Shown here: positions 1 through 7,203 of the stretch, in pieces
Position numbering within the stretch: the first letter of the stretch is position 1
How the letters are laid out: each line of letters begins with the position of its first letter
NCBI GenBank assembly: GCA_043812655.1
Contig: JBDRLW010000019.1
Location: 1 to 23,769 of the forward strand
Direction of reading: 5' to 3'
DNA from: a bacterium
Lineage (GTDB): Bacteria > Margulisbacteria > WOR-1 > O2-12-FULL-45-9 > XYB2-FULL-48-7
Length of the DNA: 23,769 bases
Translations under genes and position numbers: made by a program
Notes under the pieces: model-generated
The model's input: only the letters and a program-made list of their open reading frames with translations
The model's database searches: none
Told to the model about the DNA's origin: nothing

Positions 1-150
1 AAAGGGAAGGTCTTCCGCATCGGCCATCTTGGCTATGTCGACTCGCTCGACCTGATCGGCGCTTGGGCGGCCGTGGAGATCCTTTTTAAACGGCTGGGAG
101 CCAAGATCAACTTTGGCGCCGGCGTCAAAGCGATGATGGAATTGTTATAA
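1..150 (+). CDS. 3' end (partial) of class V PLP aminotransferase (alanine-glyoxylate / serine-pyruvate aminotransferase family)
   Basis: Frame 1 reads KGKVFRIGHLGYVDSLDLIGAWAAVEILFKRLGAKINFGAGVKAMMELL* (TAA 148-150). FRIGHxG is the typical C-terminal signature of this family. Not in the ORF track. Confidence 0.85.
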   Translation, partial: KGKVFRIGHLGYVDSLDLIGAWAAVEILFKRLGAKINFGAGVKAMMELL

Positions 151-179
151 GCCGCGTTTAAGCCTCAAATTATTTCCGC

Positions 180-207
180 TTGACATTCTTTTTAGGAGGA
201 ATATAAT
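180..207 (+). promoter_or_regulatory. sigma70-type promoter
   Basis: TTGACA (180-185), 16 bp spacer, TATAAT (202-207). RBS AAGGAG at 255-260 precedes ATG 267. Confidence 0.8.
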
Positions 208-266
208 CCTTTCATATTAAGCAAATTGGGTATGGTAATTAAAAACACCCAAAAAAGGAGTTAGAG

Positions 267-1982
267 ATGAAAAAGCTGTTGTTTATTGTTTTGGGCATAA
301 CGTTAGGAATCATGATCGGCCGAGGAGATGCTGATCCTTATAGTTGGAGAAAGACGGTTAGCCTAAGCGGAACCACAAATCCTACTAAAATGAGAATAGA
401 CGGCCGTTACTTATTTATAATTGATGAAGCGAATCCGGGTAAGATAGCAATTATTGATAAAGATGCAGCACTTCATGCTAGCAGTTCTGTAGGAAATGCC
501 TATACGATCGGAGGCGTTTCGGGATCGGGTAGTTATCACTTTAATAATACGGGGACTTCATTGGGTATAGAGGGAAATGATATTCCAAACTTTTATACCT
601 TGGATAGGGATGATAATAATGGTGAAAAACTACGCGTTAAACATTTTGCTTATACGGCAAATATGCTAGCGACTTCGCCAAGCAATTTAAGTTCTCCATC
701 AATTCTTGGTGATTGTTATAGAGGGCAAAACACTTTTGGTTATCAGGATGACGGGAGTGATAAAAATGCCAAAGGCCATCATTTAAATTATGTTGATTTA
801 ATACAAACCAAAGGGTATGGATTGTGGGTAAGTGGCTCAAGCAAATATGTGTTGGGCTGGAGAAAAATTTCTGGACGTTATGATCAAATGAAAGAATTTT
901 TCTCTTCTTCTATTGCTGTTGTAGAAGAACAGGTCGGTATCTGGGAGATTCGAGATGGAGTAGGATATAAGTTTATTAAGCTTGATTTTGGTCCGGCACA
1001 AGAATTAGTCGATATTAATGATCGCTTTGTGGCTACGAAGACAAAAATATATGTTCTTGATTATAGTAGTGGTTACGGAAATACAAGGATTGCCAGTACT
1101 TGGACTGGCTTGCCGGGAGAAGGGAATTTTGGGTCAATAGGGGCGATCACTGTTAGCGGGAATAAGCTGTATATTGTTGACAATGGTAAACAGAAGGTTT
1201 ATAAAACAGCTTTAAACGGTACAATTGAGGAGCACATCAACTTAACCTCAGCTTCTGGAATGAACACAATTAACATTTCAGGCTTGGTGGTTGATAAATT
1301 GGATAATAATACTATTTATCTGCTTCAACCAGGGTCAAAAACTATAATGGTTTACCGCAATGATAATGCTCCTGCACAACCGAATATAAATGCGGGTATA
1401 TATATTAATAACCCAGGAAGCATGAATCAGTTGGGCGCTGCAACGATTCCAATCAGTTGGTCTTCATCTGGTGTTGAGAATGTTAGGATCGATTATTCAT
1501 TAGACCAGGTGAATTGGATAGAAATTGCTCGCTCTGTTCCAGCTTCTCAACATCTTTATAATTGGACTTATTCAGTTACCCAACCAAAATTAGTATACAT
1601 AAAGATAAGTGATGTAAATAATTCTGGCACATTTAGCAAGGTAGGATTTTATCCACTAGTAAGACAAGCTGCTTCTACTACCACCACTCTCTCTTCTACA
1701 GTTAATGTTACTGTTACCGTTAAAGTGAATGGTGTGGCGGCTAGTGGCGCGAGAGTAAAAGTGCAATTAGTACCGCGAAAGGGGGAGTTATCGACGGCGC
1801 CTATTTATAAAGTAACGGATAGATCTGGCCGGGCTACCTTTAGCCTAAAACCGGGCAGGGAGATACAAGCAGTGGCGACAGTTTTAGCATTCCGTAAAGT
1901 CTTGAGTTCACAACCGGCCCCTGTTGTTTATAAGACCCCGACTTCCGGCACGGGAGCTTTGGAGTTGAAAATAACTAAGTAG
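267..1982 (+). CDS. Secreted beta-rich hypothetical protein (NHL/propeller-like region, Ig-like module, Ser/Thr linker, C-terminal carboxypeptidase-regulatory/Big-like domain)
   Basis: N-terminal signal peptide MKKLLFIVLGITLGIMIGRGDA; NHL-like segments (GAITVSGNKLYIVDNGKQKVYK); ISWSSSGVENVRIDYS...W..IA.SVPA...YNWT Ig-like module; STTTTLSST linker; VTVKVNGVAASGARV...TDRSGRATF. AT-rich. Confidence 0.7.
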   Translation: MKKLLFIVLGITLGIMIGRGDADPYSWRKTVSLSGTTNPTKMRIDGRYLFIIDEANPGKIAIIDKDAALHASSSVGNAYTIGGVSGSGSYHFNNTGTSLGIEGNDIPNFYTLDRDDNNGEKLRVKHFAYTANMLATSPSNLSSPSILGDCYRGQNTFGYQDDGSDKNAKGHHLNYVDLIQTKGYGLWVSGSSKYVLGWRKISGRYDQMKEFFSSSIAVVEEQVGIWEIRDGVGYKFIKLDFGPAQELVDINDRFVATKTKIYVLDYSSGYGNTRIASTWTGLPGEGNFGSIGAITVSGNKLYIVDNGKQKVYKTALNGTIEEHINLTSASGMNTINISGLVVDKLDNNTIYLLQPGSKTIMVYRNDNAPAQPNINAGIYINNPGSMNQLGAATIPISWSSSGVENVRIDYSLDQVNWIEIARSVPASQHLYNWTYSVTQPKLVYIKISDVNNSGTFSKVGFYPLVRQAASTTTTLSSTVNVTVTVKVNGVAASGARVKVQLVPRKGELSTAPIYKVTDRSGRATFSLKPGREIQAVATVLAFRKVLSSQPAPVVYKTPTSGTGALELKITK

Positions 1983-2004
1983 TAATAAATTTCAGTATCC
2001 TATG

Positions 2005-2046
2005 ACCGGCCTTTTAGGGAGAAATTTCTAAGAGGCCGGTTTTTTT
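2005..2046 (+). terminator. Rho-independent terminator
   Basis: ACCGGCCTTTTAGGGA-GAAA-TTTCTAAGAGGCCGGT forms a 16-bp stem (3 G:U pairs) with a GAAA loop, followed by a T run, ~22 bp after the stop at 1982. Confidence 0.9.
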
Positions 2047-2087
2047 ATCCCCACACCAAAAGTAATAGGGATTTTTGGTGTGGGGAT
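2047..2087. repeat. Perfect 15-bp inverted repeat (REP-like or operator)
   Basis: ATCCCCACACCAAAA (2047-2061), 11-nt loop, TTTTGGTGTGGGGAT (2073-2087). Confidence 0.85.
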
Positions 2088-2090
2088 GTA

Positions 2091-2099
2091 TGGTATAAT
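2091..2099 (+). promoter_or_regulatory. Extended -10 promoter for the MNT-HEPN operon
   Basis: TGGTATAAT (TGn-TATAAT), followed by GAGGTG RBS and ATG 2117. Confidence 0.7.
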
Positions 2100-2116
2100 A
2101 TTATTGAGGTGATGAG

Positions 2117-2443
2117 ATGATCCAACATGAAAACTTACCGGAACCATTCAATAAGCCCAAAATAGAAGATCAACTGCAGGCGGTTTGCCAAAAAAATGGG
2201 ATCGTTTTTATGGCGATGTTTGGTTCTTTTGCCAGGGGAGAGCAGAAAAGGACCAGCGATGTTGATTTAGCCATTAAGTTCCAAAAAAATTCCAAGAAAA
2301 CATTGTTTGATTTGGTTAATTTGGAATATGAAATGAAAAAAGTTTTTAAAAGGAAAATAGATATTGGGCTTTTCCGCAGTATTAACAAACATGTTGTTGG
2401 CCAGGTAAAAAAAGAGATGAAGGTCATTTATGAGGAAAGATGA
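2117..2443 (+). CDS. mntA: Minimal nucleotidyltransferase antitoxin (MntA-like)
   Basis: 108 aa with GS-X10-DxD motif ([15 protein letters not shown]); overlaps the HEPN gene. Confidence 0.9.
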   Translation: MIQHENLPEPFNKPKIEDQLQAVCQKNGIVFMAMFGSFARGEQKRTSDVDLAIKFQKNSKKTLFDLVNLEYEMKKVFKRKIDIGLFRSINKHVVGQVKKEMKVIYEER

Positions 2444-2768
2444 GGCTTATTTAAAAGACATTTTAGATGCTATTGTAGATGTCCAGAAGTTTGTCAGGGG
2501 TATCAGCTACGAACAGTTTTTTAACAACAAAGAAAAGCAATACGCGGTATTAAAAGCGTTTGAAATTATTGGCGAAGCGGCAAAAAAAGTTAGCAAAGCA
2601 TTGCAAACTAAACATTCACAGGTTCCCTGGCGTGACATTGCCGGAATGAGGGACAAATTGATCCACGATTATTTTGGTGTTGATATTGAAATAGTCTGGG
2701 ACACAGTGGAAGAAAAGTTGCCTAGCCTCAAAAACGAGATCAAAAAGATCTTAAAAGACGAGTTTTAA
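2430..2768 (+). CDS. hepT: HEPN/DUF86 ribonuclease toxin (HepT-like)
   Basis: 112 aa with EIIGEA and [16 protein letters not shown] (R-X4-H-x-Y) motifs; directly downstream of MNT. Confidence 0.9.
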   Translation: MRKDEAYLKDILDAIVDVQKFVRGISYEQFFNNKEKQYAVLKAFEIIGEAAKKVSKALQTKHSQVPWRDIAGMRDKLIHDYFGVDIEIVWDTVEEKLPSLKNEIKKILKDEF

Positions 2769-2783
2769 CCCCACGGTTGGCAT

Positions 2784-3563
2784 ATGCCCAATTATAAACT
2801 TACCTTCTCATACGACGGTTCTGATTTTTCCGGTTATGAGCTTCAGCCGGGGAAGCGGACCATTCGCGGAGAAGTTGAAAAAGCCCTCTACAGAATCTTC
2901 AAACAGCCGGTAAAGATATATTCTTCTTCACGGACTGATTCAGGTGTCCATGCGTTGGGGAATGTCATCTCGTTTACTACAAAGTCATCGATCCCACCTT
3001 CTAACTTACAGAAAGCTTTGAATGCGGTTTTGCCGGACGATATCAGGATAGTCGGTAGCGAAATAGGCCGTAGCAAAATAGGTGGAAAGAAAGAATTTAA
3101 CGCGAGGTTTGACGCTAAATCAAAAACATACGAATATCTGATCTATAACGGGGAAGTTTTACCGCCGCACCTGCGAAAACTGGTTTGGCACGTGAAGCCA
3201 AAGTTAAATCTAGCGGCGATGAAAAAAGCAGCGAAATATCTGGTTGGCAAACACGATTTTTCTTCTTTTTGCGCGGCTGGCGGTGACGATTCTAATTTTA
3301 TCCGGATTCTACATTCATTGGACATTGGACATTGGAAATTGGTCATTTTCCCTAGTTGTAAGTCGTCAGTCGTTAGTTGTAAGTTCTCCGGCAACGGTTT
3401 TCTCTATAAGATGGTTAGGAATTTAGTAGGGACGCTGGTTGATGTTGGCTTGGGAAAAACTAAACCGGAAACGGTTAAAGAGATATTGAAAGCTAAGAAC
3501 CGGCGATTAGCCGGTAGAACGGCTCCGGCGCAGGGGTTATGTTTGGTGCGGGTAAAATATTGA
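2784..3563 (+). CDS. truA: tRNA pseudouridine(38-40) synthase
   Basis: YDGSDFSG, SSRTDSGVHA (catalytic Asp), FNARFDA, GKHDFSSF, GNGFLYKMVRNLVG and TAPAQGLCL motifs. Confidence 0.97.
   Translation: MPNYKLTFSYDGSDFSGYELQPGKRTIRGEVEKALYRIFKQPVKIYSSSRTDSGVHALGNVISFTTKSSIPPSNLQKALNAVLPDDIRIVGSEIGRSKIGGKKEFNARFDAKSKTYEYLIYNGEVLPPHLRKLVWHVKPKLNLAAMKKAAKYLVGKHDFSSFCAAGGDDSNFIRILHSLDIGHWKLVIFPSCKSSVVSCKFSGNGFLYKMVRNLVGTLVDVGLGKTKPETVKEILKAKNRRLAGRTAPAQGLCLVRVKY
3316..3385 (+). repeat. Two adjacent heptamer tandem arrays inside truA
   Basis: CATTGGA x3 + AATTGGT + CATT (3316-3347), then TAGTTGT AAGTCGT CAGTCGT TAGTTGT AAGTT (3353-3385). Confidence 0.85.
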
Positions 3564-3564
3564 T

Positions 3565-3590
3565 GGCAGGGGACAAGCCCATGCCCTACA
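3565..3590 (-). repeat. GTAG-type REP-like hairpin
   Basis: Minus strand reads TGTAGGGCATGGGCTTGTCCCCTGCC: a GTAG tetramer followed by an imperfect GC-rich palindrome. Confidence 0.6.
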
Positions 3591-3606
3591 TGTTAAAATA
3601 TAATAC

Positions 3607-4368
3607 ATGATATTAGAAAACTTGCTAAGAGAAATTGACGAAAAAAAGGCGAAAATTGATAAAGCCAGGCCGCTGCCTAAGATCATTCTCGATAAACTGA
3701 CCGATTACCTCGATGTCGAATGGACTTATAACAGCAATGCGATCGAGGGAAATACGATGACATTGCGGGAGACGATGTTGATTCTTAAAGAGGGGTTAAC
3801 TATTTCCGGTAAAAGCATGCGCGAACATCTGGAAGTGACCAACCACAAAAATGCGATCGATTATTTAGGGGAGTTATTGAAGAAACTTGAACCGATCACC
3901 CAAGAGGACATTAAAAAGATCCATTATTTGGTTTTAGAAGGGATTAAGAATGATTATGCCGGTAAATATCGTGATGTTGAGGTCTATATTTCCGGAACGG
4001 ATACCGTTTTACCCAAGCCAGCAGTTGTTCCATCTATAATGCTGGAATTTTCGAAGTGGTTGGTGGAGCGACAGGAAAAAAACGATTTGCATCCAGTCAG
4101 GTTGGCGGCCCAAGCGCATTATAAATTTGTGGCAATTCACCCCTTTATTGATGGCAATGGCCGAACAGCGCGATTGCTGATGAATCTGATCTTAATGAAA
4201 TATGGTTACCCAATTGCTATTGTGGCCTGCGAGACGGGGGAGAGAAAAAGTTACTATTCAGCCATAAGAACAGCCGAAAAAGGCGATCTTTTACCATTTG
4301 AAACAATAATTGCTGATTACGTCAACCAAACCGCCGATAAATATGTTGGCTCGATCCCTAAGAGCTAA
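3607..4368 (+). CDS. Fic-domain protein (class II, N-terminal inhibitory helix)
   Basis: Catalytic motif HPFIDGNGRTAR; TYNSNAIEGN inhibitory (S/T)xxxE(G/N) motif. Confidence 0.95.
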   Translation: MILENLLREIDEKKAKIDKARPLPKIILDKLTDYLDVEWTYNSNAIEGNTMTLRETMLILKEGLTISGKSMREHLEVTNHKNAIDYLGELLKKLEPITQEDIKKIHYLVLEGIKNDYAGKYRDVEVYISGTDTVLPKPAVVPSIMLEFSKWLVERQEKNDLHPVRLAAQAHYKFVAIHPFIDGNGRTARLLMNLILMKYGYPIAIVACETGERKSYYSAIRTAEKGDLLPFETIIADYVNQTADKYVGSIPKS

Positions 4369-5495
4369 GAAGCGATCATCTCAATCAAGCAACTAGCAAC
4401 TTTTTCTGCGGCTCGAGGAATATATTCCGTAACGAATCTTTCAGTTACTCTAAGTCCGGCTTGACCCATTGTTTCTGCGACTCGAGGATTGCTTAGTAAT
4501 TGGACAAACGATTCCTGTGTGAAAGGTTTTGCTCCGCCTGCCAAAGTTAAGGCTCTAATTGCTGGATAATTATTTGTCCAACGATAATCAGGATTGGCCT
4601 TGAGTTCCCCTCCAAAAAATAATACGGCTCTTCCTTGGGCGGCAGGTTCAATGATATTGTGGTTATATCCAACGATAGTAATATCTCCAATTGCATATAA
4701 CGAGGCTAATTCTCCTTGAGTATTAAGCAGGAGAATATTGGCTCCCTTTAGGCTTTCAAATGGAATCCTTCTGTTGTCGGGATATATTGAGCTATTCCTA
4801 CAAACAACAGTGTAAGGGTTAAGAAAATCTTCTTTGCCTGTCATAGCTGTCCTACTTGCAATAATAACAATGGGTTTTAATTCAAATGGAATGCCTGAAA
4901 AAGCTAGGTGATAAATATTCAAAAACTCTTTTATGTCTCCAGTTAAAGGACAACCCAACACTACAATTCTTCTTTTTCCTATCCCAAGCTCAGCTCTAAT
5001 TTGCAATAAGCTTTGTTTTGAAATCCCTTCATTTAAACCATATTTAAAAGGAGCATATTCAACTAAAAGTTCTTGGTCTTTTTCATAAGAGACACAACCC
5101 CCCTGTCCATTTGTATCAACAAAATAAACTTTAATGCAACCTTGAACCCTAGCTATGGTGCCTGAAGTATAATCGGTGGAACAATCTCTAAAATGTGGAT
5201 AACCGGGGAATCTATGCCTGGCTAAATCGTGATCAATTTCCTTAGCGTATCCGATAATTACTAGATCCTTGTCAATTTGAAGGGCATTAACTAATGTTTT
5301 GGCTGAACCTATTCCAGCCGGCTCCTTTACAATGATTAATATTTTAGTCCCTTTTTGTTTTAGTAACGTTGCTAGGATTCTTGGTGAATTTGTTTCAGTT
5401 GCTCTTTTTGGTAATGATTGTCCGGGCGGTTTTATTTGGCAACTTGCATGTGCAAGAAAACTAATGCTTCTTGGAGCCAGGCTAAACCCATCCAT
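4365..5495 (-). CDS. Highly divergent Kdo-transferase (WaaA/GT30)-like GT-B glycosyltransferase
   Basis: C-terminal LLNTQGELASLYAIGDITIVGYNHNIIEPAAQGRAVLFFG resembles WaaA 'DTMGEL..LY..AD.AFVGGS....GHN.LEPA..G.PV..G'; ends QLLSNPRVAETMGQAG. AGGAG RBS upstream. Confidence 0.6.
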   Translation of the reverse strand: MDGFSLAPRSISFLAHASCQIKPPGQSLPKRATETNSPRILATLLKQKGTKILIIVKEPAGIGSAKTLVNALQIDKDLVIIGYAKEIDHDLARHRFPGYPHFRDCSTDYTSGTIARVQGCIKVYFVDTNGQGGCVSYEKDQELLVEYAPFKYGLNEGISKQSLLQIRAELGIGKRRIVVLGCPLTGDIKEFLNIYHLAFSGIPFELKPIVIIASRTAMTGKEDFLNPYTVVCRNSSIYPDNRRIPFESLKGANILLLNTQGELASLYAIGDITIVGYNHNIIEPAAQGRAVLFFGGELKANPDYRWTNNYPAIRALTLAGGAKPFTQESFVQLLSNPRVAETMGQAGLRVTERFVTEYIPRAAEKVASCLIEMIAS

Positions 5496-5567
5496 TAATG
5501 TTCTCCTATAATAGTAAGACCTGATGTTAGGCTAATAAGGAAACAGGGCATAAATTGATCTACATAT

Positions 5568-5594
5568 TTATCGTTAAAACGGCGATAAATTTCA
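5568..5594 (-). promoter_or_regulatory. sigma28-like promoter motif upstream of the WaaA-like gene
   Basis: Minus strand TGAAATTTATCGCCGTTTTAACGATAA = GAAA-N14-AACGATAA. Also contains the inverted repeat ATTTATCG-N9-CGATAAAT (5566-5590). Confidence 0.5.
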
Positions 5595-5615
5595 CAAAAT
5601 ATCGAAACTTTAATA

Positions 5616-5624
5616 TGCTATAAT
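5616..5624 (+). promoter_or_regulatory. Extended -10 promoter
   Basis: TGCTATAAT upstream of the AGGAGG RBS and ATG 5689. Confidence 0.6.
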
Positions 5625-5645
5625 TATTATATCAATTCGGTAAAG

Positions 5646-5678
5646 CCCCTCGACAGGCTCGGGGTCGCTCGGCACAAG
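5646..5678 (+). repeat. REP-like hairpin of the 'TCGACAGGCTC' type
   Basis: CCCCTCGACAGGCTCGGGGT followed by CGCTCGGCACAAG; CCCC/GGGG-closed hairpin in the 5' UTR of the 5689 gene. Confidence 0.5.
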
Positions 5679-5688
5679 GAGGACTATT

Positions 5689-6021
5689 ATGAAAGTTGAA
5701 AGACATTATGAGGATTTTAGGATCGATGATGGGAATGAAAAAGGTGGGATTATTTCCCTGTCCGGTTCGTTTTTACTTGACCATGAAAATGAGATCGTTA
5801 ATCTGATCAATCATGAGGGAAAGTTGGCGGAGCAGCGGAACCCCGACCATAAAGTCAGCAAAATAGAAAAAGTTGATGGCGGCATGGTTGCCCAGATAAC
5901 CGATCATAATTTAACTATGCACATTGGCAAATCGCTGGTTAACGCTTACAAAGGCGAACACGAATATAAATTTTCCAAAGGGGAAAAGTTTGTCCGGGTC
6001 AACTGGAAGCGCGATAGCTAG
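5689..6021 (+). CDS. BCAM0308-family-like protein (C-terminal domain only)
   Basis: GIISLSGSFLLDHENEIVNLI...NP......I........TDHNL...IGKSL..AYKG....FS.GEKFVRVNWKR matches the family's C-terminal domain as I recall it; strong RBS. Confidence 0.65.
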   Translation: MKVERHYEDFRIDDGNEKGGIISLSGSFLLDHENEIVNLINHEGKLAEQRNPDHKVSKIEKVDGGMVAQITDHNLTMHIGKSLVNAYKGEHEYKFSKGEKFVRVNWKRDS

Positions 6022-7156
6022 GGGAAAAGTTTGGGTTTTACTGCTATTGATCCTGGCCTTAGTTGAAGGTTGGGGTTATGGACTGCCGGCAAGGGGAGAG
6101 GGCGTTAATAGGGAAATGGTCCACGGTTATTTTTTTACTTCTCCCGGTTGTGAAAAGTGCGCCGCGGTCGATCGCTTAATATTACGGCTGGCCCAAAAAT
6201 ACCCGCTCGAATTCCGCCGCTTGGATATTAATGACCCTGCCAATTACGCTCTGCTGGTTAAACTAGAAGAAAAATATCAGACAACTTGTCCAGAATCCCC
6301 GGTGATCTTTATCCGGGACCGGCTGTTAAGCGGAAAAAAAGAGATCTCGGATAAATTAGAAGCGGAAATTGCCAAAGGAGCGGCTCCGTGGCCGGAAGCT
6401 GGGCTTAGAGGGATAAACTCGGAACAAAAGATCAAGGAGCGTTTCCACTCATTCGATCTTTTGGTAGTAGGGGCGGCGGGACTGGTTGACGGCATCAATC
6501 CTTGCGCTTTCGCGACCATTGTTTTTTTTATCTCTTTTTTGGGTTTTATCGGGAGGAGAAAGAGAGAGATCCTTTTAGCCGGATCATTCTTTTCCGTCGC
6601 GGTCTTTATTACCTATTTATTGATCGGCCTTGGCGCTTTTAATTTTTTGAGGAGCCTCGGCTCTTTCTCCTGGCTTTCCCGGAGTGTTTACTATGCTGTC
6701 GGAGGGTTAGCGATAGTTTTTGGGTGTATTAGCCTGTACGATTATTACCGGGTCAGGGTGGGGAGAGGAGAGGGGATTATTTTGCGTTTGCCGCTGGGGA
6801 TCCAAAAGGCGATCCATTCGGTCATCAGGGCCAACGCGACCTCAAAGCGGATAGCGGCGGCCGCTTTGGTTACCGGTTTTAGCGTGACACTATTAGAAGT
6901 GGTCTGTACCGGCCAGCTTTATTTGCCGACAATAGTCTGGCTGGTCAAAGCTCCCGGCTTTGAACCCAAAGCTCTTGGGTATCTGGTTTTTTATAACCTA
7001 ATGTTCATTTTGCCGCTGGTCATTGTCTTTATCTTAACTTATTTTGGCGTTGCTTCAGATCGTTTTGGCCGGTTAATGAAAGGTCGGTTGGGGATGATAA
7101 AGCTTTTGGCCGCGGCCTTATTTTTTAGCTTAGGGGTTTTATTGTTGTTTAGATAA
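5990..7156 (+). CDS. Exported thioredoxin/glutaredoxin domain fused to CcdA/DsbD-type transmembrane domain
   Basis: Hydrophobic signal; FFTSPGCEKC (CxxC); DGINPCAF and LLEVVCTGQLY membrane cysteines; ~6 TM helices. Start moved from the track's 5924 to in-frame TTG 5990 (AAGGGG upstream); start uncertain. Confidence 0.8.
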   Translation: MSGSTGSAIARGKVWVLLLLILALVEGWGYGLPARGEGVNREMVHGYFFTSPGCEKCAAVDRLILRLAQKYPLEFRRLDINDPANYALLVKLEEKYQTTCPESPVIFIRDRLLSGKKEISDKLEAEIAKGAAPWPEAGLRGINSEQKIKERFHSFDLLVVGAAGLVDGINPCAFATIVFFISFLGFIGRRKREILLAGSFFSVAVFITYLLIGLGAFNFLRSLGSFSWLSRSVYYAVGGLAIVFGCISLYDYYRVRVGRGEGIILRLPLGIQKAIHSVIRANATSKRIAAAALVTGFSVTLLEVVCTGQLYLPTIVWLVKAPGFEPKALGYLVFYNLMFILPLVIVFILTYFGVASDRFGRLMKGRLGMIKLLAAALFFSLGVLLLFR

Positions 7157-7157
7157 T

Positions 7158-7186
7158 TTGATAATCGCATTTCGTTATGATAAAAT
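7158..7186 (+). promoter_or_regulatory. sigma70-type promoter
   Basis: TTGATA, 17 bp spacer, TAAAAT with TG extension; GAGGTG RBS before ATG 7204. Confidence 0.6.
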
Positions 7187-7203
7187 CCAGGCGAGGTGAA
7201 ATT

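Noticed and set aside
1672..1700. Low-complexity CT/AC-rich tract
   Set aside because: It is explained by a Ser/Thr linker in codon register, unlike the 7/8-bp repeats.
2767..2792. Small palindromes AACC-CCAC-GGTT and TTGGCATATGCCCAA at the truA start; possible sigma54 site
   Set aside because: They are too short to be significant, and there is no GG-N10-GC -24/-12 spacing. I found no convincing sigma54 promoter in the intergenic regions.
5924..5989. Extended N-terminus of the Trx-CcdA ORF, and similar track extensions at 7177, 9613, 14926 and 19020
   Set aside because: They overlap upstream genes or promoter elements. Downstream starts fit RBS position, translational coupling or family N-termini better.
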